NCBI RefSeq assembly: GCF_009914755.1
Contig: NC_060938.1
Reading direction: 5' to 3' (one strand)
DNA length: 64,000 bases
From: the human T2T-CHM13v2.0 reference genome, Homo sapiens
The notes under the pieces were generated by a model. It had not been told where the DNA came from. It worked only from the letters and a program-made list of their open reading frames with translations, and made no database searches. This document shows, in pieces, positions 25,101 through 39,850 of the stretch. Made by a program: the position numbers and the translations under genes. The first letter of the stretch is position 1; each line of letters starts with the position of its first letter.

Positions 25101-27294
25101 CCAGTGTAGGTGTTTATTTTATTTTTTCTCATAACATATTCAAAACCTCCAAAGGTGTAAACATTAGTGAAACACAAATTCCTACCCTCTCTTTTCCTCG
25201 AATGTCCCTTCTCCTGGTATGTATGGTAAAAGAAGGACGTTATCTCACAATCTTTATAAAATATTGACTATGAATTATTGCTTCTCTTATCTCACTCAGC
25301 TTGGCCAGTGCTACTACTAACTCTCGGTAGGAAGCTGCTTTCTGCATAGGAGCCAGTGGACAGGTGACATGGCTTGTTATGCATATATCTGACCTCAGTG
25401 AATGATGACAAAACATGTCAAATTAGAAACTGTCTGTGTGAAACACAATTTTTCCTATAGTTCAAATTATCTGTGTCCCAATACATACTATCCTTCCTGA
25501 ATAATTTTTAAACAATAAAGTTAGGCAAGTGGAGATCAAACTAGCTGCCTTATATTAATAAAAATCAGATTTGAGGATGTGGCTTAGGTGTGTGACCACA
25601 ATGGACTTCCTACTAGTGAACCCCAGAAAAAACCTTATGCCCCTAAGCCCAGGCAGCACTGAATAACCACAGGCTTCCCTATGTTGAGGTTGTCCCTGTC
25701 ACACATGGAGTGCGAGGACCAGGCAGAATGCATTCTCTCTGTGGGAGTACTATTTCTCAAGGGGAAGAAAGGGAGCAGGGGTACCCTGTGCTTATGAGTT
25801 CCTTACCCAAACTCAGCATTCTGACAACTCCCTCGTCTTCTCTGGGAGAAGCGTAAGTGAGTAGGTGGGGCAGGAGGCCAGGAATGTTGAGAAAAAAATG
25901 CTCTTCTCCTTAGAAACCGGAGAAATGGGGAATAAGTGAACCCCCAAATACAGAAGATAAGCATCTTTGGACTTAAGCAGTTCCTCCTCAGGTGGAAGTC
26001 TCTAATTTCTAACTTTGCTTAGGTATTTGTAGCTTTCATATCGATCTATGAAAATGCCAGTTTCTTCTAGGATTTTTCTAACCTCTGTTGTAAAATCAGT
26101 TGCCCACTTTTTGGAAAACTCTTGTCCTCTGACACTGGATGGCTTATACTGTGATCTATCCCTTTCTTTGCATGAGTATCACTTCCCATGTGAGTTTCTC
26201 AGACTGTGATAATAGCCTCAAAGCTACTCATTCAAGGTAGTCCGTGGTGGTGGCATTTGGCGTCTAAATTCATGGCATAATCCACTTGAGCAGGTGGGCA
26301 CTTTGGAATGAATTTTGGCATTCGTAGTCTTGCCAGAGTGGATGTTTCTCCCTACACCTCCGACCCTGACATCTATGTCCTTTGAGGTCTGTAGATATAC
26401 CTTTCTGTTCTCTTATACTGCTGGTTGCCTAGGAGCAAATATTGACTCTCTCACAGCCAGCACCCAAGGACAGATTCTTTCAGCTAAAATGTCATAGGTA
26501 TGGTTTACCATTAACAGACATAATGACCAGCCAAGTTAGAATCATAATCTTTCAAAATTTCTGTAATGAGCATTGACTTAACACTGTGGTCTAGTGACTT
26601 AAGGCTGTTCTTCCCACACAACATTTTTTTTTTCCTCTTTGAGAACCAAATCACAGCTTCCTTAACTTTTATATGGGTTATCCAATTAGTCCTTTTCAAC
26701 AATTTAAATTCAGTCACCCTGTAAGTGTCTTTTGGAGGCTGCTTTGATGAAATCTTATCTGAGAACTCTAGCTGAGGACTGACTCTGATCTCATATAGTA
26801 CTTGTCTGCATTAACTATTTCCACATTATATTATTTGTCTTGGCTTAAGCAAAATTTGTTTTCAAAAAGCCCTAGTACTTTCTTGAAAGCACTGACCTTG
26901 GCTTATAATATCGCAAATCTTCTACATTATGTGTTTGCTGAATGCTAATTGGTTGGCTAAAGAATTTGTCCTCGTCTGACACTATGTTTGAGAATAATGC
27001 TGCCTAATTACTCATACTTCTTTATCAGAGTGCCATGTTTTGATACAACTTAATGGGGATAGGAGGAGGAGGAGGAGGGAGAGAACTAAGAAATTGAAGC
27101 CAGATAATTAAAATGATTCAGCTCAAAGATGTCCTGTTAGTTAACAACAGATATGGGACCCAAAATTTAGTTCTTCTGACAGTAAGATGAGGTTTCTATG
27201 TCATCATGCTGAATCTTTCTGAGCTCCGTTGGCACTTTCTCTCGTCCAGGAAGCTGTCCCTATTATCAAAATTAGAGCCTGAAGCCATAGAGGA

Positions 27295-27400
27295 CTGAGA
27301 CTGAATTGATTTTAGGTGGGGCATAGGAATCTGCCTTTTTAGCAAGCACCCAAGGTGATTTTAAGCAGATAGTTTCAAAACCACAACCTGAGAAACAACT
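27295..27400. mobile_element. MER5-like fragment
   Basis: ggtggggcataggaatctgccttttt...caaggtgatttt...accacaacctgagaaaca. Confidence 0.6.
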
Positions 27401-27849
27401 CTAGTCTTACCATCAATTATTCTTGCTATCTTCTTCTACTTACTGTATTATTATTTTCCTAGTCCTAACTCCAGTTTATTTGTATTGTGCTGAGTAAGAA
27501 TGTTTAGAAATAGTCAGGAAACAGTCATGTCATCAACAAGACAGTATTTTATTGCAGCAAAAGTGACTCTGGTCTACCACCACAGCCATAGCCACATGCC
27601 TGCAAGAGTAACACAAAATCACAGGCCTTTTCCTCCTACCTACTCACAATGAGCCCCAGGATCCAGTGTATAACAATCCTCTCTACTTTACAAGCTTTTA
27701 ATCAGCAGTGACAGCCAATTAGATTCACTAATTTGAATGTATTTCTGACATACTTAATAAAAGAAATAGCAGCAACATGTTCTCCAAAAGCAGTGGAGTT
27801 CAAAGAAAAATTCCATTTGCTATTGTCCCTTCAAGAGGAGGACACAATA

Positions 27850-29318
27850 AATTTTTTAAATTATTTTTATTTAAGTAGTTTTGGGGGTATAATAAGTTTT
27901 TGGTTACATGGATAAGTTCTTTTAGTGGTGATTTCTGAGATTTTAGTGCACTTGTCACCCGAGCAGTGTACACTGTACTCACTCTGTAGTCTGCATCCCT
28001 CACCCCGCCGAGCCCCCAAAGTCCATTACATCATTCTTATGCCTTTGCCATCCTCTTAGCTTAGCTCCCACTTATAAGTGAGAACATATGATATTTGGTT
28101 TTCCGTTTCTGAGTAACTTCACTTAGAAAAATGGCCTCCAGCTTCATCCATGTTTTCAAGAAAGACATGCTCTTGTTCCTTTTTATGGCTGAGTAGTATT
28201 ACACGGAGTATATATGCCGCATTTTCTTTATCCACTCATTGGTTGATGGGCACTTAGGTTGGTTCCATATCTTTGCAATTACAAACTGTGCTGCTATAAA
28301 CATGCCTGTGCCTGTGTCTTTTTTCACATAATGACTTATTTTCCTTTCGGTAGATACTCAGTAGTGGGATTGCTGGATCGAATGGTAGCTCTACTTTTAG
28401 TTCGTTAAGGAATCCCCATACAGTTTTCCACAGTGGTTATACTAATTTACATTCCCACCAGCAGTATAAAAGTGTTCCTTTCCACCACATCCATCCCAAC
28501 ATCCATTGTGTTTTGACTTTTTAATTATGGCCACCCTTGCAGGAGTAAGGTGGTATCTCATTGTGGTTTTAGTTTGCATTTCCCTGATGATTAGTGATAT
28601 TGAGTATTTTTTCATATGTTTATTGGCTGTTTGTATATCTTCTTTTGAGAGTTTTCTATTTATGTCCTTTGCCCACTTTTTGATGGGATTATTTCTTTTT
28701 TCTTGCTTATTTGTTTGAGTTTCTTGTAGATTCTGGATATTAGTCCTTTGGCGGATGCATAGTTTGCAAATATTTTCTTCCACTCTGTGGGTTGTCTGTT
28801 TACTGATTATTTCTTTTGATGTGCAGAAGCTTTTTCATTTAATTAGGTTGCATTTATTTATTTTTGTTTTTGTTGCATTTGTTTTGGGGGTCTTAATCAT
28901 GAATTGTTCACCTAAACCAACGTCCAGAGACATTTTTGATGTTATCTTTTAGAATTTTTATGATTTCTGGTCTTAGATGTAAGTCTTTGATCTATTTTGA
29001 GCTTATTTTTGATTAAGGTGAGAGATGGGGATTCGATTTCATTCTTCTACATGTGGTTTGCTGGTTTTCCCAGAACCGTCTATTGAATAGGGTGTCCTTT
29101 CCCTAATTTATGTTTTCGTATATTTTGTTGTATATTTGGCTATAAGTATTTGGCTTTGTTTCTGGGTTCTCTACTCTTGTTCCATTGGTGTATGTGCCTA
29201 TTTTTCAACCATTACCGTGGTGTTTTGGTAATTATAGACTTGTAGTAAAATTTGAAGTTGGGTAATGTATTGCCTTCAGCTTTGTTCTTTTTGCTTAGTA
29301 TGGCTTTGACTATGTGGA
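27850..29318 (-). mobile_element. L1PB (L1PB1-like) 3' portion with degraded ORF2 C-terminus
   Basis: 3'UTR ggttacatggataagttctt...gagcagtgtacactgtac; ORF 28442-28783 contains [13 protein letters not shown]...MRYHLTP (L1 ORF2p C-terminus). Confidence 0.92.
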
Positions 29319-29646
<328 letters not shown>

Positions 29647-30314
29647 TATATAGGCTTTTTTTTTTTTTTTTTTCACTTTAATCCAGGCACATAGTTTAAA
29701 ATGCCCAATTTGTCCACAAACTCATGCTTATGTTACATCTGTGTTCTACACTGATTAGGACATAAAAGGCTTGAGGTCAGGGACAATGCCTAGCTTGCTC
29801 ACTCTTTTAACTTAGAGCCCAGTACTACATCTAGAAGACAGTGTATATTCAATAAAAGTTAGGAAAATAAGGACCATAGAGAAAATTACAGGAGGCTTCA
29901 ACCACCCATAGGAGACATTACTATTGAGGTGTGTATGTTTTATAACAGCAACCAACTTCTGTTAAAAAGCAGGAAATGAAATGTCATTCTTTTTTTTATC
30001 TGAGGAAGTAATTTCAGAATGATATGGTACATATAAAGGACTAAATATTACCTATGAAATGTATGTGAAGTGTCTAGCATTGAATCTGGCACATAGTAGG
30101 TGCTCAATGGACCTATTATTGCCGCTATTATTATAAACATTGGGCGTTTTTTTTTTTTTAATTCAGGAAATAAACTGCAATTATATGGGTTTTTTTAGCC
30201 ATGGAACCTGAGTAAGGATTAAAATCCCCAGGAACTCTGCCTGTGAAGATAATAAGGATAGGATTCTCAGTTGTAATTACAGGGTTTTCTCTGAGTTAGC
30301 AGAATACAAGCCTC

Positions 30315-30374
30315 TGATCGTTTTTAAATAAATCTGTCTTCCTATGATCATTTTAAAATAAATCTGTCTTCCCA
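30315..30374. repeat. Imperfect 30-bp tandem duplication
   Basis: tgatcgtttttaaataaatctgtcttccta / tgatcattttaaaataaatctgtcttccca. Confidence 0.85.
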
Positions 30375-30877
30375 TAAATCACACATATTGAGAACAGTTA
30401 AAAAACATAATGAACAATTTTGTGGCATTTTACAAGATTATATGTTTTTTAGGGAAAAAAAGACTACATGTATATACATGCAGACTCACAAGTAGGTATA
30501 CACGTGTATATATTAGAAAAAACAGAACTTTTAAAATTGATATGGCCTAGAGTTATCTGTCTTTATTTTAAATGTACCAAAAATTTTTTAAAGCTAAATA
30601 TATAAGTCAGTGACATACACTCTGTCCATAAATTCCCATGGTTCAAATTTTAGACAGATATTACACTGCAAAAAATTATTGTTTACCCACAGTCCAGACC
30701 ACTAGGATAGGGAAGTACCATAAATGGATTTAATGGGATTTTTGTAAATGCTGTCCTTCAGTTTTATGCTAAAAGAGAGGGAAGTGGTAAGCAAATACAC
30801 TGTTAAGGCTTTGGTCGGATGAAAACAACCTCTAGGATGTGTAAAGGATTAGGGAAGCCTGCCCAAGCTTTCATGAC

Positions 30878-31035
30878 CAGTGGTTCTTAACCTTTCATTT
30901 CTTAGGGATTACTCTGAGAGCCTCATGAAAACCATTGGTTTTCTCTGAAGAAATGCACTTTTACACATGCACATAAAATCTGGCATACAGTTTCAGGGTG
31001 TTCGTGACTCCTAGAGAAATTAAGTTTAAGAAAAA
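30878..31035. mobile_element. hAT-Charlie fossil (MER103-like)
   Basis: cagtggttcttaacctt...gaaatgcac...gcatacagtttcagggtgttc. Confidence 0.6.
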
Positions 31036-31291
31036 GCCCACATACTAGTTATTTAAAAGGTTTCCAGCTGAGGTTGAGAGCCATGACCCTTCCTTGCCAA
31101 ATGCTACATGTTTCCACTCAGTGACTCAGCTCGAGGAGAGCCAGCGTAAAGTCCAGATGTGAGCAAGTGTACCAGCAAGGGTGGACGCTACTTTCTTAGA
31201 AACTATGGAAATGTTGCTGAATGCATGACTCCAGTCTTTTCTTAAGAATGATGTCCTATGAACTCTTTTCTCTTGGAAAATCCCAAGAATC

Positions 31292-31884
31292 TCAACCATT
31301 GTGGAAGACAGTGTGGCAATTCCTCAAGGATCTAGAACTAGAAATACCATTTGACCCAGCAATCCCATTATTGGGTGTATACCAAGGGATCATAAATCAT
31401 GCTACTATGAAGACACATGCACACGTATGTTTATTATGGCACTATTCACAATATCAAAGACTTGGAACCAACCCAAATGTCCATCAATGATAGACTGGAT
31501 TACGAAAATGTGGCACATATACACCATGGAATACTATGCAGCCATAAAAAAGGATGAGTTCATGTCCTTTGTAGGGACATGGATGAAGCTGGAAATCATC
31601 ATTCTGAGCAAACTATCGCAAGGACAGAAAACCAAACACCGTATGTTCTCACTCATAGGTGGGAGCTGAACAATGAGAACACATGGACACAGGGCGGGGA
31701 ACATCACACCCCAGGGCCCGTTGTGGGTTGGGGGGATGGGGGAGGGATAGCATTAGGAGAAATACCTAATGTAAATGATGAATTAATGGGTGCAGCAAAC
31801 CAACATGGCACATGTATACATATGTAACAAACCTGCACATTGTGCACATGTACCCTAGAACTTAAAGTGTAATAATAAAAAAAA
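31292..31884 (+). mobile_element. 5'-truncated L1PA (about PA5-7)
   Basis: ORF2 end ([27 protein letters not shown]), G-rich 3'UTR, polyA; 16-bp TSD gaaaatcccaagaatc (31276-31291, 31885-31900). Confidence 0.96.
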
Positions 31885-32409
31885 GAAAATCCCAAGAATC
31901 GTCTCCTTATTAAATTGTGATAAGTGGAATTGTCCTTTCAGATGCTTTTTAATTTTTAATTATCAGCATGTCAATAATCTGATAAAGTAATTACAAGTAT
32001 TTACTTCATGCATGGTGTATCTCTGGCACTGTACTAGACTCTATGGCAGTCAGTGCAAGGCAGCAAAAGGCACACTCTTACCTGTATTTGAAGAAATTCA
32101 GAACTGCTTGAGAATTCTGAATAACTTTTGAAACAAGGGCATACCTAATGAAGAGCATGCACCTAACAAATCTTGAGATGTTTGGCATTATTATATATGT
32201 CACTAAAGGAATATACAGTACATTTCAGATTGCTAAAATGTGGTGTCATATGTAGGAACTTAGTTGTTACAGTATCTTGGGGCTCAGCCAGGCATTGCCC
32301 GCTGGTTTATAAGAGAGAACATATTTATTTGGAAGGTTTGAAACTAGGACTAGGGATTGGAGATCAACTGCAAGGGCCAGCCCTTCTCCCTCCCTCTTCC
32401 TTGTCATCG

Positions 32410-32625
32410 TAGCTAACTTCAAAGCATATGTTCCAGGCACTGCTCTAAGGTCTTTACATAGATTAGCACATATACATAGACAAGCACACTATGAGGTAGA
32501 TTCTACCTCCATTTCGTCACTGTGATCACTGAGGGATGCCTCATCGACATCCCAGGGCCAGGAAAATGCATCAGCCAAAATAGCAACCTTGGCAGATCTG
32601 GCACCAGAGGTTGTGCCTTTAACCA
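32410..32625 (-). mobile_element. MIR
   Basis: ccaggcactgctctaaggtctttacatagattag...ctatgaggtag. Confidence 0.6.
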
Positions 32626-32709
32626 GCGTGTTCATAAATTAGCATTTATTCTGTGCCAGCACAGCGCTTGACTCTGGGAAGGTAGAGTTTGCTGTCAGTG
32701 TCCTGTCAT

Positions 32710-33768
32710 GGGAGACGCTGTTTCTGAAGACAATCACAAGAACATCTCTCACCCCACGAGCTCTGATGCATTATGGTCTTCCTATCTTCCCAAGGGTGTT
32801 TGAAATCTACTGTTTTCCCCTAAATCTGGGTGGGTTCTGTGACTGCTTTGACCAAGAGAATACAACAGACATTCTGAGACTTCTGAGTTCACATCTGAAG
32901 GAAGACGAGAAGCTCCTTCCTGGGCTTCTTAGATTGCTCGCTGTTGGGGTACTACGTCTAAGAACCCTGCCGCCATCCTGAGAGAAGGCCCCGCCACATG
33001 GACAGGACACACATAGGTGCTCAGTAGACAGACCCAGTCCGGCCCACAGGCAACAGCCAGCATCAACTGCACATACAAGAATGAACATTTTGTGCATCTG
33101 GCCTAGTCCAGCCTTCAGATGACTCCAGTCTCAGCTTCCATCTGACCACATTCAAATGATACCTGACAAAAATTCTTTGCTTGGCCAGATTTTAGCCAGG
33201 CTCCTGAACCTTCTTGTAGGTCCATCTGTGCACTTCTTTGTAAAATCCAGTTTTAGCAAAGAACCCTGTTAGGTCGATTTAGTCAGAACCGTCTGCCCTC
33301 AATATCTCTGATCACCCACAATATCTAGTTAGATTCCTCATTCTCCACCTCCTCCAGGTGATTTTTGATCACCATGGCCTGTCTCCAGTGAGAATTCTCT
33401 TACTTAGAATTCTTATTTAGCTAGAATCTTCCTTACCCCGATGTTTCCTCTTTGTAATTTTTCATCCACTGCCCCTCACCCTGCTTCTTCGCTATAAATT
33501 TCCATTTGCCCATGTTGTAGTCAAGTTTGGCCCAATCTCTCTCCTCCACTGTGAGACCCCATTGCAGTGATTGCTATACCTATTGCAAGGGTCCTGAATA
33601 AGCTATCCTTAATGATGCTTTAACAATATCATTGAATCATTTTTTCTCTAACAGACCCCAAGAAAGAGCCTTTCCACAGTTAACCCACCAAACCAAGAGC
33701 AATAATAATTGTTATTTTAAGCCATTAAATTGGGGATGATTTGTTATATAGCCACATATAACTAAACA
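32710..33768 (+). mobile_element. MLT1 (F/H-like) LTR split by a nested LTR
   Basis: tgtgactgctttgaccaagagaatacaacaga...; resumes after 33653 with ...gttattttaagccattaaattggggatgatttgttatatagc. Confidence 0.7.
33164..33653 (+). mobile_element. ERV1-class (MER4-group) solo LTR nested in MLT1
   Basis: TG...CA ends (tgacaaaaattc...tctctaaca); 4-bp TSD tacc/gacc; exact family uncertain. Confidence 0.7.
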
Positions 33769-34399
33769 CCCACCCACAAGAAGCTCTATTGCAAGGTAGT
33801 AAAGTGGTAACCAAATTCAGTATAGAAAAAGAAAGTTATAGTTAAAATAAACAAGGAATTCTAAGAGCACAAAGAAGCAACAACTTCCTCAGACTTGGGG
33901 ATGGGAAAGGCTCATTAGAGGTGGCAACAGATGAGACAGAGAACAGCGAAAGAGAAAGGAAGGATGTGGAGAGGGAGGAAGAGAGAGGGAGAAGGTGCCA
34001 GGGAGGGGAATGGAGAAAGGGAATTGGAGAGAAAGAAGGGGAGAGAAGTTCTTGCAAAGGGGGAGTACCTGAGAGGTAATGGCTTATTTGGGACCAGGTG
34101 AGTACAGTGGGTTACCTGAAGAAAGGAATATAGTGGGTGTGAGTGTGGCAGGCGTGGTGGAGTGAGAAGGAGGCTGGGTTAGAGTAAGCTTGAGTAAGAT
34201 CCTACACAGCGTTGGGTAACTGGCTGAGAATGTTAGACTTTATGTTGAAGGTAATGGAGAACTCCTAAAATTTTGTGAAAGGAAGAACTAATGGAGCATA
34301 TTTGCAACTCGGGGAGGTAAGTCTATTTGGCAGCAGTGTGCAATGGACGATAGGAGAAGGCAGCCACATGGAAGGCCAGAGATTCTGTCGGAGGTGGTT

Positions 34400-35262
34400 C
34401 CAACAAACAACCCCATTCAAAAGTGGGCAAAGGACATGAACAGGCACTTTTCAAAAGAAAATATGCATGTGGCCCACAAGCAAATGAAAAAAAAGCTCAA
34501 TACCGCTGATCACTAGAGAAATGTAAATCAAAACCACAAAGAGACGCAATCTCACAGCAGCCAAAATGGCTATTATTAAAAAGTCAAAAGTAACAGGTAC
34601 TGGCAAGGTTGTGGAGACAAAGAAACACTTATACACTGTTGGTGGGAGTGTAGACTATTTCAAACAGTGTGGCAATTCCTCAAAGACCTAAAAACAGAAC
34701 TACCACTTTACCCAGCAATCCCATTACTGGATATATACCCAAAGGAATATAAACCATTCTACCATAAAGACACATACATGCATATGTTCATTGCAGCACT
34801 ATTCACAATAGCAAAGACATGGAATCAACATGAATGTCCATCAATGGTAGATTGGATGAAGAAAATGTGGTACATATACACCATGGAATACTATGCAGCC
34901 ATAAAAAAGAATGAGATCATGTTCTTTGTGGGAACATAGATGGAGCTGGAGGCCTTTATTTTTAGCAAACCAATGCAGGAACAGAAAATCAAATGCCTCA
35001 CTTATAAGGGACTTATAAGTGGGAGTTAAATGATGAGAACACATACACACATAGAGGACAACAACAGATACTGTGGCCTGCTGGAGGGTGGAGAGTGGGA
35101 GGAGGGAAAGGATCAGGAAAAATATCTAATGGGTACTAAACTTAGTGCCTGGGTGACAAAATAATCTGTACAACAAACCTCTATGATACAAGTTTACTTA
35201 TGTAACAAACCTGCACATGTACCCCTAAACCAAAAATAAAAGTTATATTAAAAAAAAAAAAG
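34400..35262 (+). mobile_element. Older L1PA (about PA13-16) 3' end
   Basis: aacaaccccattcaaaagtgggc...; WQFLKDLKTELP ORF2 remnant; polyA tail. Confidence 0.92.
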
Positions 35263-35265
35263 GAG

Positions 35266-35588
<323 letters not shown>

Positions 35589-36259
35589 TCAGGGAAATAG
35601 AACTAATACTACCTGGGACTAATTAGATGGAGGGATAAGCCATGAAGGCAGTCATGGAGGAGCCCCAGTTTCCAGATGTGGGCATTTATTGGCTAGTGCT
35701 GCTACTCATCAAGATAAGGAATAGAGACTCAGGAGCAGACATGAGGCGAAAGGTAAGGAATAAATTTCTGGTGTGCCTTTGGTGTATCCAGACGGAGATG
35801 TCAAGCAGCTTGATCAATAGACAAACTGAAGTTCAAGACAGATGTTGCCCAAACATACAGAGCTGGGAGTCATCAGTATGCAAGTGATTACTAAATCGCA
35901 CGAGTGATTTAGAACTCTTAGAGAGAGTATGCCTAGTGTCCTCCCCCTAAAACATTGCTAGGAAGTGATTCTAAGAAAAATTTAACAATTCAATGATTTC
36001 AAAGCTTTTTTATGACATTTTAACATCTCTAAATAAAAATGCCTCTTAAAATTAATGGAAGTTCATAGTTTAGTTGACAGTACTTTTTTCCTAGGATTAG
36101 AAAAATAATAGTTTCTTATAATCAATGACATTTTTGATTCATAAAATAATGTAGCACATCAAAGCAGCCTGGATCTAGTGATTGCTTAAGGAGAAGGCTA
36201 CATTTATTTAAGTTAAAGAAGCAGTCTATGAAAAAAATGCATTTAAAAATGGTAGTGCA

Positions 36260-36880
<621 letters not shown>

Positions 36881-37724
36881 TGGTTCCCAGGATTAAAGCA
36901 CAGCCAGAAAAAAATTTTGGAAAGTCAGCACCAAGAAATGGAGGTTCAATAGCTTGTAGAGGAGACTAAATTGTGTTAGCAAATGACAAAGTTCTAGCTA
37001 CACAGGGCAATTCATGAACAAACAAGATATAAAGACTCTGGAAAGGAAACTTCCAAGAATAACTCAAGACCTCAGTTCTAAGAAGGGAATAGGGTGCTTG
37101 GGGAAGTCACTAGAATGAGAAATAAGGAGCAGGGCCAAGAGGTAGGTATGATAGAATTGACTGAGTCCTTTGGAGAAAAACTTTGGGGATAGACATAGAG
37201 TAATTCTTGGGAGACTCCACGGTATGATGTACCAGGAAGTGGCTTGGGAACTGCTTCAAACTTAGTCAACTTCTGGTTCAAATTGATTCTGGAACTGGGG
37301 AAAGAACTAGCTTATAAAAGGGGGACGAAGACGCCAAAGTTGTGAGAAACAAGAGGTTACAGAGGCTAGAGAGTCAGGCAGGACTTGAAATCAACAAGAA
37401 AAGTGTTCAGGAATTCCTTGGCTATCTGATGTTATCAGTTGTGAGGAAAACTCAGTTTCAGATAATAGTGATGAAGATGGAAATCTCCAATAGTTTCAAA
37501 TAGCTAGACTTTTTGGCCTTCCAATTTATGGGTCAAAAACAATAAAGCAAACCCTGTGAGAAGCAATTTATCAATTTATCAAAACTGCACATGTACCACT
37601 GAAACTAAAATAAAAGTTTAATAATAATAATAAAGCATGAAGAATTTTTAAATCTGTTGCGATTTAGCCAGATCTATGGATTAAAAACAAAAAGTAAAAA
37701 TATTTGTGAGAATACTGTTAATAT

Positions 37725-37936
37725 CCAGCCTGGGCAACATGGCAAAACCCATCTCTGCAAAAAAAATACAAAAATTAGCCAGGCACAATGGCACATGCCT
37801 GTGGCCCCAGCTACTCGGGAGGCTGAGGTGGAAGGATGGCTTGAGTCTGGGAGGCCGAAACTGTAGCGAGCTGTAATTGTGTCATTGCACCCCAGTCTTA
37901 ATGACAGAAGGAGACCCTGTTTCAAAAAAAAAAAAA
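37725..37936 (+). mobile_element. 5'-truncated AluJ
   Basis: ggaaggatggcttgag J-type right arm; 16-bp TSD agaatactgttaatat. Confidence 0.93.
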
Positions 37937-38195
37937 AGAATACTGTTAATATTCATAACTGAAATATAATGTCTGCTTATCATGTACCCTGTGCTGTATA
38001 TTTCACATCTACTAACTAAACTCTCCAGATAACACAGTGAAGAAAGCCTATTATTACTGTATCTATTGCTATACACAAGGAAACTGAGGTTCACTGATGT
38101 GATGTAATTTGCCCAAGAACTAGATAATAGAGACAAGAATCAAACTCAGGTCATTGACCATGAAACCTATGGTCTTTCCACTATATTATTCTGTT

Positions 38196-38403
38196 AAAGA
38201 CTGGCCTGGCCAAGATGGTGAAACCCCGTCTCTACTAAAAATACAAAAAAAATTAGCCAGGCGTGGTGGTGGGCGCCTGTAATCCCAGCTAGTAGGGAGG
38301 CTGAGGCAGAGAATTGCTTGAACCCGGGAGGTGGAGTTTGCAGTGAGCCGAGATTGCACCATTGCACTCCAGCCTGGGCGATAGATCAAGACTCCATCTC
38401 AGA

Positions 38404-38446
<43 letters not shown>

Positions 38447-38448
38447 AA
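38196..38448 (+). mobile_element. 5'-truncated AluS with (TAAA)n tail
   Basis: direct similarity to the Alu consensus. Confidence 0.93.
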
Positions 38449-38450
38449 AG

Positions 38451-38828
<378 letters not shown>

Positions 38829-39100
38829 TCAAGTAGTTAAGGAGAATAATCCTCTTGATAGATCTTTGCTAAAATGAAGAACAGCTTCAGAACTGTTAAA
38901 GTTTTCCCGTACAGATCATCAGTAAGTAAATAAGCCTCAACTTTTCCGAAATGCAAAACACACTATGTGTTAAGGAGTCCTGGTTTTCGTGCAATTCAGG
39001 TATTAAGAGGGAAGAAACAAATCAGATTCATAAGGCTTCATGGGGGTCTAAGCTCAGGATGTGAGATAGAAGATGACAACGTCCTTGAAAAATTCTAGGT

Positions 39101-39433
39101 CAGGGGTGGACAAACTGCAGCCTTGGACCAAATTCTGCCAACTGCCTGTTTTTGAACAACCTGTAAACTAAGAATGGTTTTTACATTTTTCAATAGTTAG
39201 AATGAAAAATAAACACATACAAAATATAATATTTCATGACATGTGAAAATGATATAAAATTCAATATTTGGTGTCCATAACTAAAGTTTATCAACACACT
39301 GCCACATTTATTCATTGACATTTAGCCTGTGGCTGCTTTCTCGCTACAACAGCAGAGTGCAGTGTTTGCAACAGAGACCACAAAGTCTTACTATCTTGCC
39401 CTTCACACACACACAAAATGTTTTCTGACCTCT
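39101..39433. mobile_element. MER58B-like hAT-Charlie element
   Basis: Terminal inverted repeats caggggtggacaaact / ttttctgacctctg; gcctgtggctgctttctcgctacaac. Confidence 0.8.
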
Positions 39434-39543
39434 GCTCTAAAAGAAAAATGAAAAAGCATCTTGTTCAAGCCAATCATTCATAACTCCTGAAAAGGTAGAT
39501 CCCTGTGGTAAATGAATAAATTTCATTGATAAGATTGGTGGAG

Positions 39544-39850
<307 letters not shown>

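Noticed and set aside
28442-28783. ORF with L1 ORF2p C-terminal motifs (also 31221-31827 and 34667-34939)
   Set aside because: Frameshifted, truncated L1 remnants.
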